DNA of 24,000 nucleotides from Rhodospirillales bacterium (GTDB lineage Bacteria; Pseudomonadota; Alphaproteobacteria; Rhodospirillales; Casp-alpha2): NCBI GenBank assembly GCA_048262255.1, contig JBLXFH010000002.1, positions 1,014,315 to 1,038,314 of the forward strand, read 5' to 3'. Shown piece by piece: positions 22,248 to 24,000 of this stretch (position 1 is its first letter; each line of letters starts with the position of its first letter). The notes under the pieces were generated by a model. It saw only the letters and a program-made list of their open reading frames with translations, ran no database searches and was not told where the DNA came from. The position numbers and the translations under genes were made by a program.

Positions 22248-22968
22248 GGTCCTCTCCCAGATACGCAGAGATCACTTCTGGCTCCTGAAGGACCTGGTCC
22301 GTTTTACCGTCTGCAATAACGGATCCGGCATTCATTACGATGCAACGTGTGCATAGGGCCCGAACAGCCTCCATGATGTGCTCAACCAATAAAATAGTGG
22401 TGCCGCCACCTTGCAAATGGCGGATCAAATCCACACCCATCTTTAGTTCTGACGGATTGAGTCCAGCCAGCCATTCATCAAGTAATAACAAGGAGGGTTC
22501 GGATGCCAACGCGCGCGCTAGCTCCATACGTTTCTGATCTATATAAGTCAGATTATTGACACGTTCGTCACCGCGCCCTTCAAGACCCACGTATGCCAGT
22601 TGTTCCTCTGCTAGAATTTCAGCTTCCTTACCCCAGTGTTTCTTATGTCCGAAGGCCAATGAAACCAGAACATTTTCACGGACCGACAGCGACGGCAGCG
22701 GACGTACCAATTGAAATGTACGCGATACACCCAACCGGGAAATTCGATCAGGTGACAGCGAAGTCAGATCGTTCCCCTCAAACATCACGCGACCATCCGT
22801 CTCAGATAAAGCACCGGATATCATGTTCAGGACTGTGGTCTTTCCGGATCCGTTAGGGCCAAGAATACCGACCACTTCTCCCTTGCTTACTGAAAAATTC
22901 ACTTTATTGACGGCGACCAAGCCACCAAATTGTTTTGTCAGATTAATGAGTTCCAATTGCTCACTCAT
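22240..22968 (-). CDS. livG: Branched-chain amino-acid-type ABC transporter ATP-binding protein (LivG-like)
   Basis: Walker A GPNGSGKTT. Walker B LLLLDEWLAG. C-terminal ISAYLGE. I prefer the ATG start at 22968 (MSEQLELINLTKQFGG), which forms an ATGA overlap with the livM stop. The ORF-track start at 23106 lies inside livM. Confidence 0.85.
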   Translation of the reverse strand: MSEQLELINLTKQFGGLVAVNKVNFSVSKGEVVGILGPNGSGKTTVLNMISGALSETDGRVMFEGNDLTSLSPDRISRLGVSRTFQLVRPLPSLSVRENVLVSLAFGHKKHWGKEAEILAEEQLAYVGLEGRGDERVNNLTYIDQKRMELARALASEPSLLLLDEWLAGLNPSELKMGVDLIRHLQGGGTTILLVEHIMEAVRALCTRCIVMNAGSVIADGKTDQVLQEPEVISAYLGEDHA

Positions 22969-23900
22969 ATTTTCACCCCTTTTTTGCGTGAGCGCAGCAA
23001 GTGTTCCAACTTGGCAAGGACACCGTCCGGTAAAACGAAAACGATCAGGACAAACAATCCGCCTAGAATAATAGAATAGTGGTTTGGAAAATTGACTGAG
23101 GCCCATTCAAAAAGGAGGAACACGGGAACGGCTCCCAACAAGGGGCCCCACAGTCTCGTCGCTCCGCCAAGCAGGGCCATAATTAAAGTCAGAAAAGAGA
23201 TCGTTGGATTGAACACGATAGAAGGTTCTACATAGGTCCATCGCGGAGCCTGAATTGCGCCAACCAAAGTCATCAAGGTTGCGCTCAAAGAGAATAACAG
23301 AACCTTGACCATCGGCACGTTTATACCGGCATGTTTGGCAACCACTTCATCATCACCGATGACTTTTAAGGCAAGCCCCAAGCGGCTGCGACTGATCCAG
23401 AAATATATGAGCAGAGTCACGACGGCCAACACCAAGAGCTGCCAGTAGATATCGCGGGCATCAAACCCAAGATAAATGTAACGACCTAGCTCTCCGGTGA
23501 TATTCACTTCCCACCAAGTCACCAATTGTCGAACCAATTCGGACAGGCCGAACGTAAAAATTACAAAATACACGCCTGCCAGACGCAATGTCGCCAACCC
23601 GACAACCAGAGCAACCAGCAGTCCGATCAATGCGGCGCAAAGCAACACCAGCGGATAGGGCATCGTTTCACTCAAGACTGCTACTGTATAGGCACCAATG
23701 CCATAGAAGGCGACGGTCGCCAGAGACACATAGCGGGTAGGGCCCGAAAACATACCCCATGCAGTCGCAAGAATGACAAATCCGGTCAACCCCAACAGAA
23801 ATCCGATCTCATAGGAATTCAGAATAAACGGGGCTACGGCCAAGGCGCTAAAACCGACTATAGGAATAAGCACAGACAATGATTTAGGCATTTTGTTCAT
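22965..23900 (-). CDS. livM: Branched-chain amino-acid-type ABC transporter permease (LivM-like)
   Basis: 311-aa polytopic protein with a LivM-like pattern. It sits between livH-like and livG-like genes, with 4-nt overlaps on both sides. Confidence 0.8.
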   Translation of the reverse strand: MNKMPKSLSVLIPIVGFSALAVAPFILNSYEIGFLLGLTGFVILATAWGMFSGPTRYVSLATVAFYGIGAYTVAVLSETMPYPLVLLCAALIGLLVALVVGLATLRLAGVYFVIFTFGLSELVRQLVTWWEVNITGELGRYIYLGFDARDIYWQLLVLAVVTLLIYFWISRSRLGLALKVIGDDEVVAKHAGINVPMVKVLLFSLSATLMTLVGAIQAPRWTYVEPSIVFNPTISFLTLIMALLGGATRLWGPLLGAVPVFLLFEWASVNFPNHYSIILGGLFVLIVFVLPDGVLAKLEHLLRSRKKGVKI

Positions 23901-24000
23901 TCCGGCTTTCCGAACATACCTGTAGGACGAAAAAGCAAGATCGATAAAAAGATGACATAGGTTGCGGCCAGCGTTAGTCCGGGGTCGATATACGCAGCAA
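23897..24000 (-). CDS. livH: Branched-chain amino-acid-type ABC transporter permease (LivH-like), C-terminal fragment at the window edge
   Basis: The minus-strand reading frame ends ...RPTGMFGKPE-stop, a typical LivH C-terminus. The stop codon overlaps the livM ATG (ATGA). The rest of the gene lies outside the window. Confidence 0.6.
   Translation of the reverse strand, partial: AAYIDPGLTLAATYVIFLSILLFRPTGMFGKPE

Noticed and set aside
1-24000. Search for mobility or phage genes (integrase, transposase, capsid), because Caedibacter R-bodies are linked to plasmids or defective phages
   Set aside because: No ORF in the window shows integrase, transposase or phage structural motifs that I can recognise, so I make no mobile-element call.

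Overview
The central ~14 kb of this bacterial window (probably a proteobacterium, roughly mid-GC by eye) is an R-body (refractile body) locus. Twelve tandem genes of the RebB 'killing trait' family lie at 6279-12356, all on the + strand. An ECF-type sigma-70 factor with a long N-terminal extension follows at 12690-13622. I consider the most interesting signal to be a conserved bipartite motif, TCACAAA-N13/14-CGTC. It recurs 10 times on the + strand, in front of almost every reb transcription unit, the sigma gene itself and a downstream methyltransferase. Degenerate copies on both strands sit in front of flanking genes, which fits an autoregulated ECF-sigma regulon. The left flank holds possible cargo or accessory genes: a clear DNase II (acid endonuclease, HxK) homologue, an operon of acidic and coiled-coil hypothetical proteins, a 94-aa hypothetical protein, and a patatin/cPLA2-like lipase split by a 6-TM insertion. 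Between the sigma gene and the right flank lie a SAM methyltransferase, a substrate-binding-domain/permease fusion, a second permease and an iGluR-like binding-domain/channel protein. The right flank (18.7-24 kb) looks like ordinary core metabolism: a cupin dioxygenase, an SDR, an aldehyde dehydrogenase and livHMGF-type ABC transporter genes. I saw no rRNA, tRNA, CRISPR array, integrase or transposase. All family assignments come from motif recognition by eye. No searches were run.
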